DNA of 64,000 nucleotides from Lophium mytilinum (lineage: Eukaryota): assembly GCA_010093605.1 (NCBI GenBank), contig MU004188.1:747673-811672 (forward strand), given 5' to 3'. This document shows positions 25,580-36,646 of the stretch, piece after piece. Under the pieces are notes generated by a model. It was not told the origin of the DNA. It worked only from the letters and a program-made list of their open reading frames with translations, and did no database searches. The position numbers were made by a program, and so were the translations under genes. Each line of letters begins with the position of its first letter. The first letter of the stretch is position 1.

Positions 25580-26647
25580 CTAACCCTCTCCATCCTCCCG
25601 GGGTAACCAGCTCACCCCCTTCTCATCATCAAAGCTCCAAAACTTGTGACACCATCTTTGTCCCGCAACATGACTCTTCCGCCTCAACCCACGATTCCCT
25701 ACAAGCCTCTCCCCATTCCTTAGCAACCTTTTCCTCAGCGCTATCAAGAGCTTCTCCATCGCACTCGGCACACAATGTCTCCCCTTAATTCTGTCGTCAA
25801 AGCTCACACCCGATATCGACCGACCGACTTTAAATGTCAACTTCAGCCTCTTGACCTGAACTCCCGAATCTAAGACCGTCTCGATCCACTTGGGAGGCGG
25901 TCTCCACCGCGTTCCATCAACAGCTATCCCCAGCCTCCCTAGTACCCAGCCCTCATCCCAAGCATCCCCAAACAGCCCCCGTACATCAAGTTCCAGGTAA
26001 TCCAGCTGCATTTCGTCTCGCACCTTCGCCCAAAGCTCCGCCCAGTCGCCGTGCGTGGGCTCATGGCATCCACAATCCAACCGGCCCGCACTCAAACTTA
26101 ATGCTCGAATATGACCCATCCATCCCGGTCGGTCTCGCAAGAACGCTAGGCAGGCAGAAGCCGGCCAGCCGGTGTAGTAATCATGGAAGTAAAATGTGTT
26201 GCGCCTGTAGAAGACCTCAGCCGCTTCAACTCGGAACTGTCTCGAGACGGAAAGTAGCCCGATATCCACCTCATCGTCGCAGCTCTCGTTCATCCGGGAG
26301 TCTGTGGACCCCGACGGGTCGGGCGAGTAGGTTGCGCGCGAGCAGGTGTTGATTTCGCACCAGGGGTCTAGGAGGCCGAGGGCGTCTTCGTTGTTTGTGG
26401 GCTCCGGGGCACATTCTATGGGGAATGTGGCACGGAAGCGGACGTGGGCGAATTGGACCGGGTTTACTCGTGTGCTGCTAGGTGCAGGGCATAGCTGCGT
26501 CCTGATGTGGATGTTGGGCCAGACAAGCGCGTAGCTGTAGATTCGGTCGCGGAGCTCGCGGGGGAGCTTTAGGAAGGGGGTTTGTTGGTTTGGTGATGGT
26601 GGTGCCGCTTCTAGGGGCGGAGAAGATGGGGTTGGTGGTGTAGACAT
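25580..26647 (-). CDS. F-box-like DUF7730-type hypothetical protein, tandem paralogue of 23315-24943
   Basis: PFLKLPRELRDRIYSYAL, LLSVSRQFRVEAAEVFYRRNTF and TGWPASACLAFLRDRP. Start ACCATG at 26647. Confidence 0.85.
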   Translation of the reverse strand: MSTPPTPSSPPLEAAPPSPNQQTPFLKLPRELRDRIYSYALVWPNIHIRTQLCPAPSSTRVNPVQFAHVRFRATFPIECAPEPTNNEDALGLLDPWCEINTCSRATYSPDPSGSTDSRMNESCDDEVDIGLLSVSRQFRVEAAEVFYRRNTFYFHDYYTGWPASACLAFLRDRPGWMGHIRALSLSAGRLDCGCHEPTHGDWAELWAKVRDEMQLDYLELDVRGLFGDAWDEGWVLGRLGIAVDGTRWRPPPKWIETVLDSGVQVKRLKLTFKVGRSISGVSFDDRIKGRHCVPSAMEKLLIALRKRLLRNGERLVGNRGLRRKSHVAGQRWCHKFWSFDDEKGVSWLPREDGEG

Positions 26648-26714
26648 GGTGTCGGAAGAGTTGGAGAGAAGGAAAGAGGAATGAACTTGATATGTAGAAA
26701 GAAGGTTGTAATGT

Positions 26715-27315
26715 TGGTACGCGCTGCTGGTCCTGTGCATTGGAGCTCAAACGTATGAGCAAACATAAGAGCAATCACTTGATCTTTGCAAGTCTTGCTA
26801 TGCACCAGTCGTTAACACCGTTTGAGGCGGCTCAGCGAGTTTTCTGATCAATCAAAAGGGAGCACTCACCTCTGGATTGAGTTCTTGATAATAGGCCGAA
26901 GGACTTCAGACGGTGGCGTCTAAGTGTATGCTGATAGTAAAGTTAGTACGCACGGCTGGTCCTGTATGTTAGTGCTCTTGTTGATAAAAGCAAGTCCCTT
27001 GTGTCTACTAGTATTTGACAGCGTTAGGTGGCTCAGCAAGTCTCCTAATCAATCAAAATGAAATACTCACCTCTGGATTGAATGGGTCGAAGGACTTCAG
27101 ACGGTGGCGTATTCTTGTATACTGACGGTAATATTAGTACGCGTGGCTGATCAAGGCTGTAGCTGTTATGAACAAGTCCCTTACATGTACCAGTCGTTGA
27201 CAGCGTCTGAGGTGGCTGGGCGAGTTTACTGATCAGTCAAAAGGAAGTCCTCGCCTCCGATTTGACCCGTTGTTAATATGCCGGAGGCCTTCAGACGGTG
27301 GCGTCCAAGTGTAAA
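26715..27315. repeat. Tandem array of ~3 diverged ~192-bp units
   Basis: Invariant 16-mer CTTCAGACGGTGGCGT at 26904, 27095 and 27289 (periods 191 and 194). Shared blocks ATCARTCAAAA, ACTCACCTCTGGATTGA and TAGTACGC. Confidence 0.9.
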
Positions 27316-27453
27316 TCACATAGAAGTATTTCAGCAAGCGGGACGGTTGAAAATATCTGTATTCAACCATAGTATGAGACCCATAACCAGAAGGCCCTCT
27401 TCCTATCCCAAAAACTCCCAAAAGACCCCGAGATGTACCCGCTTGAACTACGT

Positions 27454-28353
27454 TCAGTTAGACTGACTTGCCGATGCGCGTGCCGCAGCATTGTGGAATT
27501 GATGTAATCGAGCGGCGCAAGAGAGGATCATCGATAGTTGGATATCGACCCGATCACCAGGCTTGACGGCGCCGAATCTCAGAGCGAGGTTATGGAGCGG
27601 CCGAACGATCTCGCCAACCTTGATGATCCTTTCAACTGCATCCGGCGCACAGATGTCGGCATAGGTTGAGACCTGTGGGGAGATTCCGGAGTCAAGTTGG
27701 CGCTCGAAGGTCGAAGAGATGCGACGTGACTGAGAGCGGGGGTGAATGTCGTCGAGGTCGATGAGGAAATCGTATTCGGTTTCGCCCTGCTGGTGATAGG
27801 AGCCTTCGTTAGCGGGGGTGCTGGAGGTATGGTTGTCGGTAGAGGCCTTAGCACCTTCGTTGGTGTGCAGAAACTCCAGAATACCCTTAATGCTCTCAAT
27901 CGCATCCACTACGGCTTTGCCATCGATGACTACGTGACTCCGAAGAAGCTTGCTGAATTCCTGGAGCTCGGCCTTCACTTCTGCTGGCTTGAGATTACCC
28001 ATAATTGCTCGAACTGCCATCGTGTTGTAGTAGCCCTCCTTTCCACTGCCGGCGATGGCGATGGCGTACAAGATCTTTCCCCTTAGAAGAGCCGCTTTCA
28101 TCTTGGTCGTGTCCACATAGTTGTCAGCAGTCGTTGGAAAGGCGTACGACTGGAACTCCAGCTTTTCGTACGCGGCCAAGACTGATGGGAGAAGGTCCTT
28201 CATGGTCTTGGGCTTCGGTTCGTCCTCCTTATGCTCGTGCCTGAGGCCATGTTCACTACCGTCCGAGGGCATTTGAGACGCTAATTCGAACGCCGAAATG
28301 GCATCAAATAGCTCCGCAGTGGGGGATCCAGCCACAAGGGGGTGGTGATCCAT
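27454..28353 (-). CDS. Orphan hypothetical protein (299 aa)
   Basis: Intronless ORF with AACATGG start, CT-rich leader and coding-like codon use. No recognisable domain. Confidence 0.7.
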   Translation of the reverse strand: MDHHPLVAGSPTAELFDAISAFELASQMPSDGSEHGLRHEHKEDEPKPKTMKDLLPSVLAAYEKLEFQSYAFPTTADNYVDTTKMKAALLRGKILYAIAIAGSGKEGYYNTMAVRAIMGNLKPAEVKAELQEFSKLLRSHVVIDGKAVVDAIESIKGILEFLHTNEGAKASTDNHTSSTPANEGSYHQQGETEYDFLIDLDDIHPRSQSRRISSTFERQLDSGISPQVSTYADICAPDAVERIIKVGEIVRPLHNLALRFGAVKPGDRVDIQLSMILSCAARLHQFHNAAARASASQSN

Positions 28354-28974
28354 GTTTGCTGTTGGAGAGGGAGAGAGGTGGTGGTGGTGGAGAGGTGGAG
28401 GTGGAGAGGTTAGAACAGAAGGAGAGGAAGTGAAGTGGACCTAAAAGATAGACGCCAAGCCATGTGACCCGTGAAGTAGACGTCACACCTTTCCTAGTTC
28501 AGTCAGGCCACCGCGTTGTCACGGAGCTGTTCACACGTGCTTACCACCGTCTGAGGTGGCTCGGCAAGCTTTCAGCAACGTTAAACTTGTCCTTCCAGGG
28601 AATTGGTCAGCTCGCCAGGCAACCTCGGTCAGTGGCAGACGGGTGTACAGACAGCGATTGAAGATGAAATCTATCACTCCTGGCACAAACCCATGTCTAT
28701 GACGAGACTATGCAAAGCGTCGCCTCATAAACTCCCAGCTGGGTAGACTTGGCCGCCACCGTCTGAAGTGGCTCAATATATCTCCGTAAATTGAGTTAAA
28801 AAGGACAATTCAGATTCTTGGTGGTACTTGTTTAGGAGGAGAGAACATAAAATAGTTGAAAACTGAGATTCTAAAGGAACATCGGGGGTGTTTCTCCTAT
28901 GCAATAGCTTCACTTGACTTATTGTTTCGCTTTGCTGACTCCAAAGGTTGGACCTGATGGTCAAGGGCTGTGCC

Positions 28975-30674
28975 TCAAACAGCGGCCGTCTTATCTTCCC
29001 GAATCCATTCTCCTCTATCGTTCTCATCTACATCTGGCGTAATGGGCGGCGAGAGTGGTGTCGAAACTCCATCGTCAAGACTGTCTTCCTCCTCAGATCC
29101 TGAATCGTCGTCGCTCGATGCTAAACTTCCAAGCGTAGCCACGCTCCCTGTGCTCTCGGTATAGCTCGGCAAAGCAGGTCTCGGTTCATAAGCTGGGAGC
29201 TGCTCAAAGCTTTCTCGTGGCTGGGCAACGGCTGCTGGTCGACTAAGAGAAGGACTCGGAAGGATTTCTAGTGGAGTGCTGGAATTGATAATAAAAGTCC
29301 TGGGACCACACTTCACTGCCATCTCAATAACGAGTCTGTATGAGCGAGAGGCAGTGAATGTGGCAAAGGAAGCAATGCATTGAGCGTTATCGTCAAGTCG
29401 GAGGTTTGAGACAATGCTGAAGGGCGAGTCATCCAGGGGAATCGATGTGTTTATATCACGGCGAGTGACGCAGTTCCGGCGCTGCTCCGTGACATCTTGG
29501 ATGCCACCTTCGCAGACTGTGCGATTATATGTTGTTATCGAAACATTGAGACTCTGAAAGATGCAATCAATGTGCTCGGGGTCTACTGCTGGGCGCCGGC
29601 GAATGTGCTGTGGAGCTGCGCGTTAGCGTACAACTTACGGAGCCGGACGGATTGAAAAGACCAAATTTGGAACAGTCGTACCTGGAGCGAAACTTTTAAA
29701 GGGATGTCTTGCCGCGGAGATATTGATGGCGGGCAGTATATCGTTGGAACAATGCTAATGGAAGGGGTACGAAGATTCGGGTTCTGAGTAACAACGTGTT
29801 CAAGCTTTTGCTTAAGAGTGTGCTTTGCCGGACGGAGAGCTGGTGAGGTCCATCTTTGTTCTTTGAGGACATGTGGCATGGGCGTTGGAGCGATGAAGTG
29901 CGATCTGCAAATATGCGTGTCAGTCGACTCACTTTCGCTGGATCAGAGAACAGCAGCCTGTCGTTTCACTCTTGCGACAGGATACGGTAGTATTGATTTT
30001 AAAACTTCAATGAAAGAGAAATAAGCGCCTAAACCCAGATTTTTGGTGGTGCGGCAACGCCTCACGACACATGACGCGAAAGTGTCGAACGACGACTGAG
30101 AAGACAAGGGGAGAACACAAACTCACCTAAGATTAGAATCGTTGAAAAATTTCAACTCGTGTAGTGTAGCCTTATCTGATTTATGTTGCCGGCGGCCATA
30201 CGAAACATTCGCAGTCACCGCGTACGTGATAGTCGCCTCTCTTCCAGGTTCGTCCATGTAGACATGGTAAGATGGAGGAAGTTGATGAACGTCTTTTGGG
30301 AACTTGGAGCTGTCGGCCCATTTTGGATATCGATCTCGCGTGTGCGAAGGAAATGTGAACTCAAAGGGCCACGAGTGCTTCTTGGCAGTGATGGTGCTAT
30401 CGACCAAAAGATTCTGTTCAAATCTGAACAGTGTAGCCTCCGCTTCGAGCCTTTTTAGCCCCTCAAGGATTGGCGGTCTTCCGTCGCTCGGCCTCACGTA
30501 CTGAGGCCTCGTGGTTTTTGTGATACATCTTCCAGAGAAATCGAGTGCAAGGGATTTGATGTGTTGTTGAGTAGTCGGAAAGAAGAAGACCACGCCCTCC
30601 ACTTTGTCCCCTGGGCGGTACACGCGACGGTGATCTCCGTAGACCACAATGTCAAGTTCGCGGGGGTGAACCAT
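28975..30674 (-). CDS. Arrestin-fold (Arrestin_N-like) protein, three exons (30674-30127, 29904-~29682, ~29607-28975)
   Basis: N-terminal YRPGDKVEGVV, HSWPFEFTFP and LPPSY..ATITYAVTA. Intron 1 GTGAGT..CTGAC..TTGCAG and intron 2 GTACGA..GCTAAC..CCACAG give a continuous frame through SFATFTASRSYRL to the PY-like motifs LPAY and LPSY. Confidence 0.8.
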
Positions 30675-32448
30675 GTTTTTCTGTGGTTGGTTTCCTGAAA
30701 TTCGGAAGGCAGGGAAGCAAAGTATGAGACGCAGGGACAGAAATAACGTTAAATGAATAGCATGGGCTTCTAGAATGCCTTCTGCAGGTGCTAAGGGTGA
30801 AAACGGTACGTTATCAGTCCCGACGGGATGGCAAACGTTTACCGCGGGTAACCTTCCCACCTAAGTACCGCGAGATTCAGCTCGACAAAATCAAACGGCG
30901 AGGGGTGGGAAAGGAATAAGTAATCCGCCAGAGTATGACAAAAGGTAAAGTTTAGGTTTGCAGGTATATAGAAGTCTTATACTTTCAAGTAACAGACTTG
31001 ATTGAAACATATAGCCAACCAGAGGCATATCCGTTGGGGTGTAGGAAGAGTGGGTCTCAATGGCTTTATCATACCTAAGAAGCGATCGCCGGGCTGCTAA
31101 CAAAGAACCGCTGCTTTTCTAGTGATCCACAGAGATATTAGTTGATAGGCAGCGATACGCCTACTCTTTGTCTTCTTGTTACATGCTGTTACACCATGCT
31201 TTTTCTAGTGGCTTCGTGTTCCCTGCGCCTGTGAGAAAACCATCGGTGAGCGCCATCCTGCTGGGCTGGCCCTGGCTGGCTTCTACTAAAGTTCAACTAG
31301 AATACAGAGGCTTGCTTTAGATCAGGCCTCCATGATGCAATAATGTAAGCTTACGATCATCTGTACGCGAATCTGGTCCTATTGTTGAAGCATGAGGCGT
31401 AGAGATAGCATCGCAAGAAGCCGGATCTGGACCTCAACAGGTATCAGCTCAAAAGCAGCATACCGGCTTGGCAAGATTTGGGGGTCGGTTGCCACAATTC
31501 GCCGTAGGATTACCGTTTCATGCCATAGAAGAAAGTCCAGACTCCTCGGGCGTCTCCGAAGAGACTCAGGGATCTAGGCCGTTTCTGTCCTACGTGTCCT
31601 AGAGAGCAGCAACCGAATGGGCACACCCTACCACCATCCACTGACATGATCCTTCCTGGAGTGATGATGGCACAATGGACATCTGCGTTGTCTAAGGATC
31701 GGCCGCTGACTTTTCATGCGCATGCTCCACAGCTGGATCACGACAGCAGCATTCTTCCGTGTGACCTTGCATTGTCGATCGTGAAACATAAGCCTCATAA
31801 TGAGGAAGCAGATCGCCGTTCTAGGGGCGCGTAAGCATCGCTGAAGTAGCCAAATATTTAGGTGAAGTTGGATGAAATCTTGAAGGGTGCAGATGCTGGA
31901 AGAAAGGTCAATGCCCAAGATCGCGAAGGCGCTAAGCAGTATTTTATACATTGATGAAAACTTTGCAGTCTCGGGCCAAGGGGAATGGGTCCCTTCAGGA
32001 AAAAGCACACAGGGCACGACATGGTTTAGTTTAATCTAAATAGATCGTCTAGGAAACTCAGTGGTTGATAGCGAGTCACATGAGCTCTTCGCTTCACCAA
32101 CAGCTATTCCAGCCAAACCTCAATATAGAGATACCGCGCACGCCATTAATCCAAGGACACTATGCCGCCATTGCTTGTGGTGCTTCAACTTGTTTATAGA
32201 AATGTAGAGACGAACAGTACAGCCAATTGTGTACATCCATCATCCACTGCCTAAAGTGGCCTGGCAAGCTTAAAATAGTGATTGCTCCGATCAACGAAGT
32301 TCAACACGCCTTGAAATCGATTGAGGAGCCTCAAGCAGCGGCAGACAAGTGAATACAGACCGGTGAGGAGTTGTTCTATAACAACTTTTAGTCCAATCTT
32401 CCTTGGGCGACATCGAGACCCAGAAAACCGCTAGTGCCAGAACACTTT

Positions 32449-32466
32449 ACGCGCTCCTCGACGCGT
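32449..32466. promoter_or_regulatory. MCB-like elements (ACGCG, ACGCGT) upstream of DPB4
   Basis: ACGCG at 32449 and a perfect MluI box ACGCGT at 32461-32466, ~105 bp before the ATG of a replication gene. Confidence 0.5.
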
Positions 32467-32570
32467 TCCACCACCCCGGTCCCACTTTCGCACAGAGCAT
32501 TCACCACCTCTACGACAGCTTCCTCTATCACTCCTCCTACTCAACGTAGCTGCTAGCCACCTCGCTCGCT

Positions 32571-33503
32571 ATGCCGGCCCGGAAAAGTAATGCATCCATG
32601 GTGTCTAACCCGGAGGATGCAGGTCCACCGCCACCGCCAAAGGACGGACTGAGCGTTGAGGTATGCACGCCTCAGTAATGGCAGATTACATTAGCCTAAC
32701 ACCTTCCAGGACCTCAGCCTACCCCGAACGATGGTCCAAAGGCTTGCGAAAGGAGTCCTGCCGCCGAACACACAGATACAGAAGGATGCGCTGCTCGCTA
32801 TGTCGAAAGGCGCAACCGTCTTCGTCAACTATCTCACGAACACGTACGATCCCCAATCCAACCGAATCTATGCCTGGAATACATTCGCCCTTATTTCAGA
32901 GCGATACTGATAGGCGCAGGTCCTGGGAAAACACAATGCGCGGAGGCAAGAAGACGATAAACCCCAAAGACGTGCTCGACGCCGTAAAAGAGCTGGAGTT
33001 CGAGGCCTTCCTTCCCCGGCTTGAAGCCGAGCTACAGAGTGAGACCTCTCATTCTAAACTAGTGTCAAGGTTGGAATACTCACATCGGCATAGAATACAA
33101 CGCGATCCAATGCGACAAGCGCAACACGTACCGCAAGAAAATCCGTGATGCCAATAAAGCGGCAAAAGCATCGAACCCGGATGGCGTAGACCAAACCGAG
33201 GAGCCTTCTATTATTAGCACAAATGGGAACGGCCACCGCGCGGACGACGATTCACCCCCCGCAGCGAAGAAAGCGAGGCGATCAAGCTTAGGGGCGACCG
33301 GGAGCGAGGGCGATGATACCGACGGAAATATGGGTGAACAAGCAGAGGAGGATCAACAGGACGAAGAGCATGAGGACGACGATGTCGAAGACGACGAGGA
33401 AGGGGAGGAGAATGGTGGAGAGACGCAGCTCACGGAAGATCCGCTCGAGATACGCGACGACGACATGGGCAATGAGGGCTCTGACAGTGACGAGAGTGAT
33501 TGA
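32571..33503 (+). CDS. DPB4: DNA polymerase epsilon subunit D / CHRAC histone-fold (CBF/NF-Y-like) protein, four exons
   Basis: Spliced product MPARKSN..VE|DLSLPRTMVQRLAKGVLPPNTQIQKDALLAMSKGATVFVNYL..KKTINPKDVLDAVKELEF, with an acidic tail ending DSDESD*. Confidence 0.9.
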
Positions 33504-33924
33504 ACTCTGCCCTCTTGGGAATTGCTTAAGGAACGGCGTTTCGGGAATGGTGGTGCATAGGATGGCGTTGTAGTTGAATATCTGGTATGGAGCGTAACAG
33601 TTCGATTTTGAGGTAGTCTAAACTCGTCTAAAGTCAAAAGCGCAGTGCAATCATGGTTCGAGTTTTGGTGATTTTGGAAGCTAGCGAGTGCAGACAGGAG
33701 CATAGCCATATCAGCGCTTGAGCTAGACTATCATTCTCTAAACTGCCTGCTAGGATCGTGCGCCTACAATCCATATCCACGCTCGCAATATGATAAGAAA
33801 GCACTCCGCATATGCCATACGAGACTAGATCGTAGAACCGTATGATGCCTTGGATGGTGGCTCAGTCCCCCAATGCCGCCTAAACGCCTTTAACAAACCA
33901 AGTCCGAGCATAAATAGGAATAGA

Positions 33925-34530
33925 CTATGACCCTCCCTTTCTCGCTGAGTTCTTCGTATCGAGCGGATCGCCGTACTTGTCTGTGGCCGGTCAGCATTCG
34001 ACTCCATCAGACGGTGATCAAGGCAACGCACTCCTAATCATCGCATTCTTGTCCACTATCTGCTCCGAAGCACGATAATACTCCTCCAGCGCCCTCTTGC
34101 TCAACCACGCATAGCCTGGCTCATCCTCAGCCTTATCCCACGTATAGCCCGAGGACTTGTGCTGGTGCTCCCCCGACCCCGACGACGCAAACTTGGGCAT
34201 TCCGGAAGCTGGAGTCGCGTTCAGCACCCGCTTCCCGTTCTCGTTCAGAGTTGAGGGGCTATGATTGAATGTAGAGAGCAGGTCCTCCCGGCCGCCTAGG
34301 TTCGATGGGCCCTGGGAGTTCGGTGGGGAAAGCTCGGAGGCTGGGAGCTGGAATCCGGTGGCGGGCCGTGTGGGCGTGCTGGGGCCGTCTGCTTCGTCGG
34401 GGAACATCTCGTCATCGTCGATGTCGAGTTCGGGGGAACTGTGCATCTGGGAGTCGCCGTCTGCGTCTGCTGGGAGGGGTGAGTTGTGTTATTGACGTGG
34501 GGTGGTGGGGTGAAGCTGTATACCTGACAT
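33925..34530 (-). CDS. Conserved fungal hypothetical protein (~165 aa, three exons)
   Basis: ATG at 34530 (MS|ADADGDSQMHSS). Motifs ELSPPNSQ and EPGYAWLSKRALEEYYRA. Last intron GTGCGT..GCTGAC..ACAG gives KYGDPLD..GS*. Confidence 0.75.
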
Positions 34531-34818
34531 GGTGGCTGTAGAGGATGTAACTGGTGTATTTAGAGATCCTTGAAGGTAGTTCCACGGTACAGAACAGTGC
34601 AGAAGTATGGGGTAGTGGGGTTCGGTGAGGCAGCAGTAAGAGGAAGAGTGGTTGTTGCGTAGGGCTGAATGAATGCGGCTCGGCCCTCAGGCCCCTGCAC
34701 GCCGATGAGGGACTTCAACTCTATCCAGCCCACACTCGAGGCCACATCTACTACCGCACTAACACCACTGAACACAATAGACCAGCACTTCAGGATATAT
34801 ATCACTCTAGACTTCACA

Positions 34819-35727
34819 ATGAGCAAGAAAGTTGCTCTGCCCGACGCCTGGGATGACGACTGGGAGTCTCTTGCCGATGTGAGCGCTGAAGAAGTGTCTA
34901 CATACTTCGTACAGGAAAGGGCTGACAGCTTGCTAGAAGCAGGACACTCTACCTCAACCTGAGAACCCGCCTGCGGAGGTTAAAGTAACAAAATCTGAGC
35001 GTAAAGCAAAGCATCAAGAGTTGAATAAGCAGCTATGGGACTCGGCGTACGTTTCACATGGATTGTTCAAGCTCTGGGCTGACGGCATGAATATAGTGAA
35101 AAGACCGACAGTCTCCTATTCCTAGAAGCAAAGAGCAATGTCCCCCTCAAGTCTACCTTCAAGCCGAGCGTCACTGTCCTTAGTCGCAAGCCGCCGCCAA
35201 AAGTGCTTTCACGCAACGACGCGACCTCGGGAATCGCTGGACTGAACCTCGACGACGACGAAGACAGCGAAGAGGAAGCAAGAAAGAGGAGGGCCGAGTC
35301 TGTAGCCGAACAGCGCGTCCGCACTCAGCGCGAACGTGAGGAGAAGCAGCGCAAGTATAACGAGGTGCGCGAGAAATTGTTCGGGTCCTCAGCCACCGCA
35401 GTCGAGGAATCTCAAGGCCGCGCATCTCCTAGTCGGCAGTCGAGAGGTAAGGGCAAGGGAAGAGGCGGGCGTGACAGCCAGCCATCGTCCAGCAATGATC
35501 AGTCACCTGCCCGAGCTGGGAACAATCAGAAGAGGCAGCTTTACGATCCTACCTACTCGATCAAGCCGAATTCCGTGTACATCCAGCGGAAAGAGGGTGC
35601 AGATAGTGGGCCCGGCAGCCGGCCGGCCACGCCAAATGAACTACAGCCAATCCGTGAGCCTCGTGGACCGAGCTCGAGTGGGCGAGGGGGTTTTGGATTT
35701 GCGCCCAGGGGAGGAGCCGCTGCGTAG
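34819..35727 (+). CDS. SUZ-domain RNA-binding protein (SZRD1-like), with introns
   Basis: MSKKVALPDAWDDDWE start, FKPSVTVLSRKP, REREEKQRKYNEVREKLFG, and SUZ-C-like C-terminus PIREPRGPSSSGRGGFGF. Confidence 0.8.
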
Positions 35728-36646
35728 TTCAATTGGCTCGGAAAATACTCGACCATCTTGCCCGAGTGATGCTTTGGTGCATACCAAGCCCATACTTAGG
35801 TCCTGCAGAGTGGTAGCATGGGATGCGCATTCCGTTCGACACGCAATCCAGGTTGGCTAATCGAATCCTCAAAAAGGACTGGAGCAAACCCAGTTTCCTG
35901 TAGCAACCCCGCTCGAGACCGTGTCAGGCAGTCTATGGGCTCACTCAGTCCTTGGCTCCCGGACGTAAATGAGCTTTTCGAAGCTCTCGAGGTTCCAACT
36001 AGACGCAAGTTCACAGGTACGCTGCACGTGCCTCGGCGGCGCTGAACCTCCACACAGACGCTTTACAGAACGCCTGGGGTATTCATTAGGGCTGCATCAG
36101 GGCTACATCAGCCCTGTAGGTCAAAGACGAAGACTAAAATGGCCAAGCTGCACGTGCTACTGTGGTAAAACCCTTGTATATCTCCAATGTTGAAACGCTT
36201 TACTGACTATCGCGAAAGGCTTGTCTTCGACACAGGACGCGTGCACCTAGCAAAAGATTGAGTGCGCCATATAAGCTTCGAAAGACGTCACGAGTTTCAT
36301 CTCTATATCCGCTCCCAAGTCGCATTCCTTGGAGATTGAAGATAGGTGACCATCAAGGCAAGGGGCCCTACAGTACCCTGCTTTTGGGGTTTACAGTTGT
36401 ATTTCAGATGGAATGCTATAGGCAGAACAGGTATACCACGGATTCCTCACGCATCGACGAAGAATGCACACCTCTATCTCTCTTGGGTTCCAGGTGCATC
36501 GTTGTGCACCTTGGCTATAGTACTTATTGTCGCAAATTCGCCGGTTCTAATACGAGGCGTCGCGGCTCTTTTACCCTCGTTATATGATATATCGAGATAC
36601 TTTTACTCATCGTCATTCGTTCTTTCAATTAGTTTCCGTCGCTACC

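Noticed and set aside
26715..27315. Repeat arrays here and at 6.8-7.2 kb as CRISPR arrays
   Set aside because: Eukaryotic locus, inter-repeat sequences are homologous to each other rather than unique spacers, and there are no cas genes.
28975..30860. Arrestin gene as a fragmented pseudogene
   Set aside because: Two canonical introns join the three fragments into one open frame, using the second AG after the branch site in intron 2.
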